This document shows positions 24,071 through 31,280 of a DNA stretch of 48,802 nt, in pieces. The DNA is from a virus. Both the position numbers and the translations under genes were made by a program. Every line of letters starts with the position of its first letter. The stretch's first letter is position 1. The notes beneath the pieces were generated by a model. That model had not been told where the DNA came from. It worked only from the letters and a program-made list of their open reading frames with translations, and did no database searches. The stretch covers positions 1 to 48,802 of IMG/VR virus record IMGVR_UViG_3300045974_000160; one strand, given 5' to 3'.

Positions 24071-26731
24071 TCATGCTTTTACGACTCGCCACAAGATGAC
24101 TTTTGTGTCTGGATTTATCCCTGATTTTTCGATCTTAAGCCCTGATTCAACACGATTTTCATATTTTTTAAGCCATTTCCCAAGCCGTTTTGGCTCTATG
24201 ACTTCCGGGTTTCGGCTTGACGCCGCCACTTCCAATACTGCCGATTTTAAATCAGCATGAACTGATAAAACGCACTCCGATACCACCTCGGCAACTGACC
24301 GCGAGTCGCTCCTAAATGATTGGTGCCAAAGCGTTATAACTGCCGATAATTCAGCCGAAACAGGGTCTGCCCGGTCTATGCGTTCGCGGGTTATATTTGG
24401 ATCAGGTTCGCCAAGCCATACTAGCGCGGATCGCACTAAATCGCTCCAATCTTCAAAGCTTCCGTATGGGCTAATAGGCTGTTTTGGCTTTCCCGCAACG
24501 TGGTATGCGCGTAGTATAGTCAAAGCCGCGCTAATCAGCAGATGTCGATTATCTGGAATCCACTCGCGGAGGTTTAATTTAAAGCTTAAAGCATCTGGCC
24601 TTTCGCATTTCGGATCAATCCGGCATAGTAAAGCCCTTCGCGTCATGTCACCTTGAAATACTAGATTGTTACCAGTCGCCAAAAAAGTTGAATTAGTTGG
24701 GAGATCAACATTTCGTGATTCACCTAATACTCTAGTCGTTTTATTTATTGATGCAAGCATAGTGCATATAAAATCGCCTTTAATCGGCCTTTCCACGTTG
24801 TCTATACATACCACTGGGGCGGATCGCATAAGCATTGCGCCAAGTCTTTTTTCATCCTCCGCTTCGTCCCATCCTTGCGAGATCATCGCCGCCGTTCGGC
24901 CTGTCGCTATAAGCGCTACCACGTCGGCCAATAGGCTTTTACCGCTTCCCGCCTTTGGCGCGTCAAAAGCGTGTAACGGGGCAGTATAAATAGACCGCCT
25001 AGATACTGCCGTCAATATTGCCGATAACACCACCGATAAATCTTCCGGCTCAGTAAAAGGAAACTCGCTTAGCGGTGTTTTGAGGTATTTAATTGCAGCC
25101 TTTGCATGGTTAAATGTCGGTTTTTCCAATACTTCTACTGGCTTTCCTTGATAGTCAACATATATCCCAGATAACTCGTCATATCCATGCTCTGTTATGA
25201 TTGTTCCGTCCCGTCTTATAGTTGGGCATTCTGATATACCTACTATGTGCTTAACTTTCCATTCTCCCACCATTGATAAATAAGTTTCTGAGACTTTTGA
25301 AGGGCAGTCTATGGTAACCCATTCCTTTTCTACTTTGCTAAACTTCTTATATACTGCCGTCCTTGTCATTTCCTTGCCTAGCCAATTATTGTCTACGCCA
25401 CCTAATACAACGGAGCCAATAGGTATTATTGATCCTTTCCCTTCGATTAAATTACTTAGTTTGTATGGCCTTACTAGCTCACCTTGCCTTTGATATATCT
25501 CAACTCCGTGGCTTATTAAAGCGGTTTCCGCTGCCGTGATTGTTTCCGGCAGTTGACCGCCAATTACTTTAATGACTGGCCTTCCTTCTTCATCATCATC
25601 CATATAATCCTGATAATCTATGCCCGGCATAGCAATGACGTTGCTCGGCGGGTCAACGGGAATTCCCGTAGACCTATCTTGCTCCGATAGTTTCGACTCA
25701 ACACCAATTGCCTTGTCAATCGCCGCATTCACCGCATCCGCCCCTTTCTCGGCCCATAAATCCCACATATCAGCCTTGCGCCCTATGTTCGGCACGGCGA
25801 CAAATCCGCCCACGGCCTGCGCTGCCGCGATGGCGAATGACATGCCGGGATTGCGTATGTCGCACGCGGGCAAATCGTCGGCGGTAGGCTCAGATGGATA
25901 GGGTTTTTGGTCATCATCGGCTAGGATAGTGATTACAGCCCCCGGCGCAGCCAGCTTGCGCACAATCCGCGCAACGGCTAAAAGCTGACCTGATGTCATG
26001 GCCGCGACGCACGGAATGTCTTTTGAGTCCGCCACCGCTTTAACCGTGGATATGCCCTCGCCTATGCCGACATGCGCCGCTCCGCGAAATTTTCCGAACG
26101 GGTGGAATTTTCCAGAGGGATCGCCCCCCGCGAGGAAATCTTTTTCGCCCTCGCCGTTAATCGCCTCGATAGTCCAAATCCTGCCATCCTCGCCGTACAT
26201 CGGCACTAGCAGGCAATCCGCATAGCCAGGCCATGCGGGTTTATTGCGCGTCGCTTTGGCCCTTTGGGGCCATTCCCCGCGTCGTATTAGTGGGCCGAGG
26301 TCTAGGCGCTTGCGGATTGCGTAGGGATGTTGAGCGGGATCAAGCTTGGACGCGTTGAGTATTGCCATCGCTTTAGCCGATGCCCTGTCAAACCCCGCTT
26401 TCCGCTCATCATCGCGGACTTTTTTCTCCGCTTCGCATTTTTTGCGGAATGCGGCTTTTTCGGCTTGGGTATATTTTTTACCCTCACGATTTAATTGCCA
26501 TACCCCATATAACCCTGTTGAATAATCCCCGTATATTCCACCTTCCATGTCATTGAATAGTTTGCACCATGCGGCGTCATCCGTGTCTTTTTTGTCCTTG
26601 CTTGGGAATCTTATTTTCTCCCCCGGCGTAATAGATTTAGGGGGATTTAACCCCGCATCCATCATCGCCGCCCTAAACTCATCAATGGCGTCGTAGGCAG
26701 GCCGTCCGGCGTTCCCGGTATTATTAGACAT
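24071..26731 (-). CDS. Bifunctional DNA primase / P-loop helicase (886 aa)
   Basis: Toprim-like GIGEGISTVKAV...ITILADDD. Walker A APKAGSGKS. Walker B-like VVCIDNVE. Confidence 0.75.
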   Translation of the reverse strand: MSNNTGNAGRPAYDAIDEFRAAMMDAGLNPPKSITPGEKIRFPSKDKKDTDDAAWCKLFNDMEGGIYGDYSTGLYGVWQLNREGKKYTQAEKAAFRKKCEAEKKVRDDERKAGFDRASAKAMAILNASKLDPAQHPYAIRKRLDLGPLIRRGEWPQRAKATRNKPAWPGYADCLLVPMYGEDGRIWTIEAINGEGEKDFLAGGDPSGKFHPFGKFRGAAHVGIGEGISTVKAVADSKDIPCVAAMTSGQLLAVARIVRKLAAPGAVITILADDDQKPYPSEPTADDLPACDIRNPGMSFAIAAAQAVGGFVAVPNIGRKADMWDLWAEKGADAVNAAIDKAIGVESKLSEQDRSTGIPVDPPSNVIAMPGIDYQDYMDDDEEGRPVIKVIGGQLPETITAAETALISHGVEIYQRQGELVRPYKLSNLIEGKGSIIPIGSVVLGGVDNNWLGKEMTRTAVYKKFSKVEKEWVTIDCPSKVSETYLSMVGEWKVKHIVGISECPTIRRDGTIITEHGYDELSGIYVDYQGKPVEVLEKPTFNHAKAAIKYLKTPLSEFPFTEPEDLSVVLSAILTAVSRRSIYTAPLHAFDAPKAGSGKSLLADVVALIATGRTAAMISQGWDEAEDEKRLGAMLMRSAPVVCIDNVERPIKGDFICTMLASINKTTRVLGESRNVDLPTNSTFLATGNNLVFQGDMTRRALLCRIDPKCERPDALSFKLNLREWIPDNRHLLISAALTILRAYHVAGKPKQPISPYGSFEDWSDLVRSALVWLGEPDPNITRERIDRADPVSAELSAVITLWHQSFRSDSRSVAEVVSECVLSVHADLKSAVLEVAASSRNPEVIEPKRLGKWLKKYENRVESGLKIEKSGINPDTKVILWRVVKA

Positions 26732-26742
26732 TATGCGGCCTG

Positions 26743-26976
26743 CTAGGCTTGGATTTGCGACTGTGATTGAATAGCTTTCAGATTGTCCGAATGACGCTTT
26801 TTAATGGCCTTAACTAGTATATTATTACACTCGGAACATGATCCGCTTGTAGTATATCGTTTTGTTATATGCCCATTGATACATGGCTTACCCGTGAAAT
26901 AGTATTGAGATACTTTTTGCATGGCTTCTCGGCGAGTTTTTGGTAGGTTTTCCATGGTGTTTACTTTATTGGACAT
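26743..26976 (-). CDS. Zinc-ribbon protein (77 aa)
   Basis: YFTGKPCINGH...GSCSEC. Confidence 0.55.
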   Translation of the reverse strand: MSNKVNTMENLPKTRREAMQKVSQYYFTGKPCINGHITKRYTTSGSCSECNNILVKAIKKRHSDNLKAIQSQSQIQA

Positions 26977-27028
26977 TGATGGTAAGATGTGATTTTACAG
27001 CAAAAAAACCAGATTACAAGAGGAATTT

Positions 27029-27388
27029 ATGACAAACAAATCAACGCCTTGCGCATGGGCTATCGCGTACAAAAAGGGCGAGCCTTACGGCCTTGCAACA
27101 TACGGCGATTGCCCGCTGTTAGATAGTGAGATACAGCGCATGGGCGGTACTGCGCATAAAATGCCGCTTTATGCTGAACCCGCGCTATGCTGGACTAGCG
27201 AGAAACCCACTAAACCCGGATGGTATGCGTGGACAACGAAAAACGGCCCAATGAACCCATACTTAACGTGTGTATATATTGATGATAATGGCGTATTAAT
27301 CGCAGACATGAAAGACGGCGACTGGGAACATGATATGCCTTTGCGCGAAGTCGCAGACCGCGAATGGTACGGCCCGATACCGCTATGA
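27029..27388 (+). CDS. Hypothetical protein (119 aa) in an oppositely oriented two-gene cassette
   Basis: ORF with a GAGG Shine-Dalgarno. Confidence 0.6.
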   Translation: MTNKSTPCAWAIAYKKGEPYGLATYGDCPLLDSEIQRMGGTAHKMPLYAEPALCWTSEKPTKPGWYAWTTKNGPMNPYLTCVYIDDNGVLIADMKDGDWEHDMPLREVADREWYGPIPL

Positions 27389-27516
27389 AAAAACCATTCA
27401 AGCGCCATTATCCAAAACCCACGCCTAGCCCTGCAATGTTAAAAAAGCAGCAGGCTTTGTTGAATGAATTATATGGGAATAAAGACAAGAAAAAACCCAC
27501 TGATACTACTAAATAA
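27385..27516 (+). CDS. Small basic protein (43 aa)
   Basis: ATGA overlap. MKKPFKRHYPKPTPSPAMLKKQQALLNELYGNKDKKKPTDTTK. Confidence 0.4.
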   Translation: MKKPFKRHYPKPTPSPAMLKKQQALLNELYGNKDKKKPTDTTK

Positions 27517-27544
27517 CAGCGGGTTTATGCCGGTTTTACTGGGC

Positions 27545-28051
27545 TTAATCCCTTATCAGGAATTCATCAATCGCATGGCCCTGCTCTAGTAGTGCGCTAA
27601 TCCAGCGTGGTTTTAGTCCACGGCCTGACCATGTGTTTTCTGGATTCGCAGGGTCACGGTATTTTGCGGGTAGATTATCGGCTTTTGGTTTTCTGCCAGC
27701 CCCGGATGATTCCGTTGCCGTATGCGTAGCCGTTGTTGCCGTGTTGATATTCAACGGCGGCAAACCAGCGGCAACCAAAATGGCGTTTTCCTGTTCGTGC
27801 GCAATGCGCTTGCGTTCAGCAATTGCGGCGCGGGCTTGTTCGCTGGCTGTTCTCAGGATTTCGCTGAATTCGACTTGGCCGAGTTATTCGATAAACCCTT
27901 GCACGGTGGCGATAATAAATTTTTTCCGCTTGTTTTTAATTGTTTCTGCGTATTCCTCAAACGCCGATTGATTGTCTTCGTCGCCGTCAATCACACTATG
28001 AATCGGGGTTGTTTCGTTTTCAATTGGATCAAGTTTTATTTTCTCATTCAT
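27545..28051 (-). pseudogene. H-NS-family DNA-binding protein reading frame interrupted by an in-frame TAA (27884-27886). The intact C-terminal ORF is 27545-27778.
   Basis: C-terminus AKYRDPANPENTWSGRGLKPRWISALLEQGHAIDEFLIRD matches the H-NS DNA-binding domain. The same frame is open from the ATG at 28051 except for codon 56, which is TAA. Confidence 0.7.
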
Positions 28052-28056
28052 GGTAT

Positions 28057-28281
28057 TCACTTTTTTGTTAATGTGCGATTTTGCACGGTTATTATGTATT
28101 CTTCAAATGCCTCTTGCCTAGCCTTTTCTACTAATTCATAGATGTATTCCCCTTCTAGTTTAATCGCAACACGTTCAGCAAATGCTGATCCATCGCCCTC
28201 AATCGGCTTTTGCAAGCCATGCGATTTAACCATCGCGTAAAATGCCCGAATGTCTTTTGTTAAGCTTGATGGTTCGGGCAT
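28057..28281 (-). CDS. Hypothetical protein (74 aa from ATG 28281)
   Basis: TAATG overlap with the upstream gene. Confidence 0.55.
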   Translation of the reverse strand: MPEPSSLTKDIRAFYAMVKSHGLQKPIEGDGSAFAERVAIKLEGEYIYELVEKARQEAFEEYIITVQNRTLTKK

Positions 28282-28493
28282 TATCCTCCACCCCAACAAA
28301 CAAACGCCGCAGATTCTGACAAATCAAATTCTTTAGGCTGTTGGTTTAAGTCGTCTTCCGGTATGTAGTTGCACCTTTTCAGTAATTGCAAACGCGCATC
28401 TTCTACACTCGGTGAAATTGCAAACATTATTCCGCTTGTGTAGTCTGTCAGCACATTTTCCCACACAAAAACTTTCATTTTATTTCTTTTCAT
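28281..28493 (-). CDS. Hypothetical protein (70 aa)
   Basis: ATGA overlap with the upstream gene. Confidence 0.55.
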   Translation of the reverse strand: MKRNKMKVFVWENVLTDYTSGIMFAISPSVEDARLQLLKRCNYIPEDDLNQQPKEFDLSESAAFVCWGGG

Positions 28494-28747
28494 ATCTCAC
28501 CCGTTTGTTTAACATGCCCCGCCCTAATCCCCGCCGCAATGCCCTGTAGCACCGCCTCGCCCCATGCTTCCGCTGTAGGCTCTGGTATATGCCCATCGGC
28601 ATAAAGCATCGCTATACGCGCCTCAATCGGCGCACGGCACATGACTATAACCCCGCCACGGCTATTTTCCATGCAAACCGGCGTCTTGCATGGGTTTTCC
28701 GGTGTCCATGTGCAGGATTTACAAACTTTATCGGCTACTTTCTGCAT
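28490..28747 (-). CDS. Cys-rich hypothetical protein (85 aa from ATG 28747)
   Basis: GGAG Shine-Dalgarno. Confidence 0.55.
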   Translation of the reverse strand: MQKVADKVCKSCTWTPENPCKTPVCMENSRGGVIVMCRAPIEARIAMLYADGHIPEPTAEAWGEAVLQGIAAGIRAGHVKQTGEI

Positions 28748-28825
28748 GTCCAATCTCCTGTTAGAATTTTTCGTAATTCATTGTTTTTTCTCAAATTTCT
28801 TGCAAACGTGATCCAAAGTATCCCA

Positions 28826-29002
28826 TCATCTAAACTCCCCAGTCGCGGCGCGGGATTCTTGTTTTTCTCCGCACTCGATAATCCCCGCATTTAGCGTAGG
28901 CATGGCGTGAATGCAATTTTGGCATTGAATAAATGCGTTGCCGCATGTATCAAAGTATTTTAAATATTCTTTATCTGGTTTTTTAATGATTTTTGCAATC
29001 AT
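28826..29002 (-). CDS. Cys-rich hypothetical protein (58 aa)
   Basis: MIAKIIKKPDKEYLKYFDTCGNAFIQCQNCIH... Its start overlaps the end of the upstream frame (ATGA). Confidence 0.45.
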   Translation of the reverse strand: MIAKIIKKPDKEYLKYFDTCGNAFIQCQNCIHAMPTLNAGIIECGEKQESRAATGEFR

Positions 29003-29352
29003 CTTAAAATACCGTGCTTTTTTAGCATTTCTTCAATCTCATTAAAAGCATCATCAGGTAATTTTTCGTAATCGTCTACGTCAATTGCTTTTATTCTTAA
29101 TGATTTTCTTGTTCTTATCCTTATTTTATCTTCTGCTTCTTTTTCTTTTTTTATTCTTTCAATGTCTTCAGTAGTAGCCAGCCTTGCATAGCCTCTAATA
29201 TAATTCCTTTTTTCTCCTAACTCTCTTCCATCTGACTTTCGGAATATTCCACTACTAAAGCATTAAAATTGTTTTTGAGTTACCCTACATACTGTCAATA
29301 ATCTTCCGTTTACAATAACATAATCTCCGCTTTTAATGTTTTCTAAGCTCAT
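28999..29352 (-). pseudogene. Hypothetical gene of 29 + 87 codons interrupted by an in-frame TAA (29263-29265)
   Basis: MSLENIKSGDYVIVNGRLLTVCRVTQKQF*CFSSGIFRKSDGRELGEKRNY...KKHGILR. The downstream 87 codons have no ATG, GTG or TTG start except an ATG 8 codons from the end, yet they stay open and end in an ATGA overlap. Confidence 0.55.
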
Positions 29353-29356
29353 TTCA

Positions 29357-29605
29357 TCACTCCTTTAATAAATCGGAAAAATCGACTTCAAGCGCCATTG
29401 CGACGCCTACGATCATTTCTAAATCAGTAGGTGCGCCATTTTTTATTTTACGGTATGTGTCTTTGCTAATCCCGGCCCTTAAATAAACATCGGCACTTTG
29501 CAAATTCCTTTTTGCCTGTTTAATGCGGACGTTCTCCGCTATTTCTTTGTATATGGCGTCCGTTAATTGACGTCGCTTTATTAAATCTATTTGTATTGGT
29601 TGCAT
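29357..29605 (-). CDS. XRE-family HTH regulator (82 aa from ATG 29605)
   Basis: RNLQSADVYLRAGISKDTYRKIKNG is HTH-like. GAGG Shine-Dalgarno. The upstream Met codons in the track ORF lie upstream of the predicted promoter. Confidence 0.7.
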   Translation of the reverse strand: MQPIQIDLIKRRQLTDAIYKEIAENVRIKQAKRNLQSADVYLRAGISKDTYRKIKNGAPTDLEMIVGVAMALEVDFSDLLKE

Positions 29606-29633
29606 TTTTCGCCTCATGTGTAATTTGACTCGC

Positions 29634-29662
29634 ATCTTAAAGCCGTCATTATGCTGTGTCAA
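29634..29662 (-). promoter_or_regulatory. Leftward sigma70-like promoter TTGACA-17-TAAGAT
   Basis: Read directly on the minus strand. Confidence 0.5.
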
Positions 29663-29697
29663 GCGTTTTTTTATTGATGATCGTCGTCATTTTATTA

Positions 29698-29726
29698 TTG
29701 ACATCCGCGTTTTTGCGGTTTAAGCT
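29698..29726 (+). promoter_or_regulatory. Rightward sigma70-like promoter TTGACA-17-TAAGCT
   Basis: Read directly. Back-to-back with the leftward promoter. Confidence 0.5.
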
Positions 29727-29759
29727 TTCCTCGCATTGAAACACAACGGGAGATTGAAG

Positions 29760-29909
29760 GTGTGCAAAATTAAAGACTCGCTCAATCAAGTAATTGAGCA
29801 AAATTCGCTTGAAATAAGCGAACAAATAGAGCAAATCATCGTAGACGCATGGATAGAACAAAATCCGATTTGCGATGAATTGAGCGATTACACTGACGTG
29901 CCATTTTAG
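29760..29909 (+). CDS. Small acidic protein (49 aa, GTG start), first rightward gene
   Basis: GGGAG Shine-Dalgarno 7 nt before the GTG. Confidence 0.4.
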   Translation: MCKIKDSLNQVIEQNSLEISEQIEQIIVDAWIEQNPICDELSDYTDVPF

Positions 29910-29918
29910 GGTGACGAG

Positions 29919-30083
29919 ATGACAAAAGAAGATGTTTTAAAAAAGCTGGTTGATTACCAAAACAACAAAGACACAGAATCTGCGCATAGGAACGCGGATA
30001 ACGCACTTTGTGATTTTTTAAATGATCTTGGTTATAGCGATGTTGTAGCCGAATACAACAAAGTTATAAAATGGTTTGCGTGA
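29919..30083 (+). CDS. Hypothetical protein (54 aa)
   Basis: MTKEDVLKKLVDYQNNKDTESAHRNADNALCDFLNDLGYSDVVAEYNKVIKWFA. Confidence 0.5.
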   Translation: MTKEDVLKKLVDYQNNKDTESAHRNADNALCDFLNDLGYSDVVAEYNKVIKWFA

Positions 30084-30108
30084 TAATTTGGAATATTTGG
30101 AGTTTAAA

Positions 30109-31098
30109 ATGAGTAATGAACTAGCAACAACAAAACCGCAAAAGCGGGAACAGCAGATAAGGATATTGCAGAATAGCCTTTATCCCGGCGCAAGCCAAGA
30201 AGGGGTCGAACTGGTTTTGCAATATTGCGAGTTTATGGGCTTGGATGTAATGCTTAAGCCGGTTTACCCAGTCCCGATGTGGAATAAAAACACAAAATCA
30301 ATGCGCGATGTGGTAATGCCTGGAATAGGTTTATATCGCATACAAGCTGCTCGGACAGGGCAATATGCCGGTATTACAGAGCCTGAATTTGGCCCCGATG
30401 AAACTCAAAATTTATCCGGTGTTTCTGTGACATTCCCTAGATTTTGCCGCATTACTGTCAAGCGGGCTATGGGTAATGGGGTAATTGCTGAGTTCGCCGC
30501 TGTAGAGCGATGGATTGAAAACTATGCTACAGGCGGGAAAGACACCGCGGCACCAAATGCAATGTGGCTGAAACGCCCATACGGCCAGTTAGCAAAATGC
30601 GCCGAAGCGCAAGCTTTACGCAAAGCATTTCCCGAAGTCGGCGAAGCGCCCACGGTCGAGGAAATGGAAGGAAAAGCGATAGAAGGCTATGCTGAAAGGC
30701 TTGATAAGCCGGCGGCTACGACTAAGCAAGAAAAAACCGTATTGCCGCCATGGCCGGATGAAAACTTTGCCAGCACAAAAAAAAGATATGTAGAAACAAA
30801 CGGCAGCAGGACGCCTGATCAGATAATTATGACGCTATCGGTTAAATATACGCTATCTGACGAGCAAAAACGGCGTATACGGGATTTAGCCATTATTGAA
30901 TCGGTTATTGATGAGCCGCAAGAAAACCCCGTCATAGCCGCGCTAGAGCGCGCAATAACTGACGCGGAACATGTGGACGATGTGCTAGAGGCTATCAGCG
31001 TAGCAAGCGACTACGTGCAATCTAAAGCCATAACCGCCGACGAATTCGCGGCAATACAACAACAGGCAGAAGACAAAAAAGAGGAGTTACTAGTATGA
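30109..31098 (+). CDS. RecT/Bet-type single-strand annealing recombinase (329 aa from ATG 30109)
   Basis: GIGLYRIQAARTGQYAGI...WLKRPYGQLAKCAEAQALRKAFPE is typical of Bet/RecT proteins. Confidence 0.75.
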   Translation: MSNELATTKPQKREQQIRILQNSLYPGASQEGVELVLQYCEFMGLDVMLKPVYPVPMWNKNTKSMRDVVMPGIGLYRIQAARTGQYAGITEPEFGPDETQNLSGVSVTFPRFCRITVKRAMGNGVIAEFAAVERWIENYATGGKDTAAPNAMWLKRPYGQLAKCAEAQALRKAFPEVGEAPTVEEMEGKAIEGYAERLDKPAATTKQEKTVLPPWPDENFASTKKRYVETNGSRTPDQIIMTLSVKYTLSDEQKRRIRDLAIIESVIDEPQENPVIAALERAITDAEHVDDVLEAISVASDYVQSKAITADEFAAIQQQAEDKKEELLV

Positions 31099-31280
31099 GC
31101 AGTATTGATTCTTTTAAGATGTTTTTTAAGTATTCAGACACAAAAGAAGAAGTAATGAAACAGCTAGGCTATGCAACATTTGGATGGTTTGGCGAAGGAA
31201 TTAGCGAGAATGATTTTGAAGAAATTATTCTTGAAGCATTAAAAAGAGTTACTGAATTAAACACGGAGTATTTTAAATGA
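31095..31280 (+). CDS. Hypothetical protein (61 aa)
   Basis: Coupled ORF. Confidence 0.5.
   Translation: MSSIDSFKMFFKYSDTKEEVMKQLGYATFGWFGEGISENDFEEIILEALKRVTELNTEYFK

Noticed and set aside
27884-29265. Genome-wide reassignment of TAA as a sense codon
   Set aside because: Many well-supported genes terminate at TAA with tight coupling to the next gene (capsid at 1187, exonuclease at 32965, fibre at 34864, chaperone extension at 44160). The only tRNA-like gene has anticodon CAU. Only two genes show internal TAA.
29649-29861. Minus-strand 70-aa ORF across the divergent promoter region
   Set aside because: It spans both predicted promoters and overlaps the better-supported plus-strand GTG ORF (29760-29909). 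No Shine-Dalgarno.
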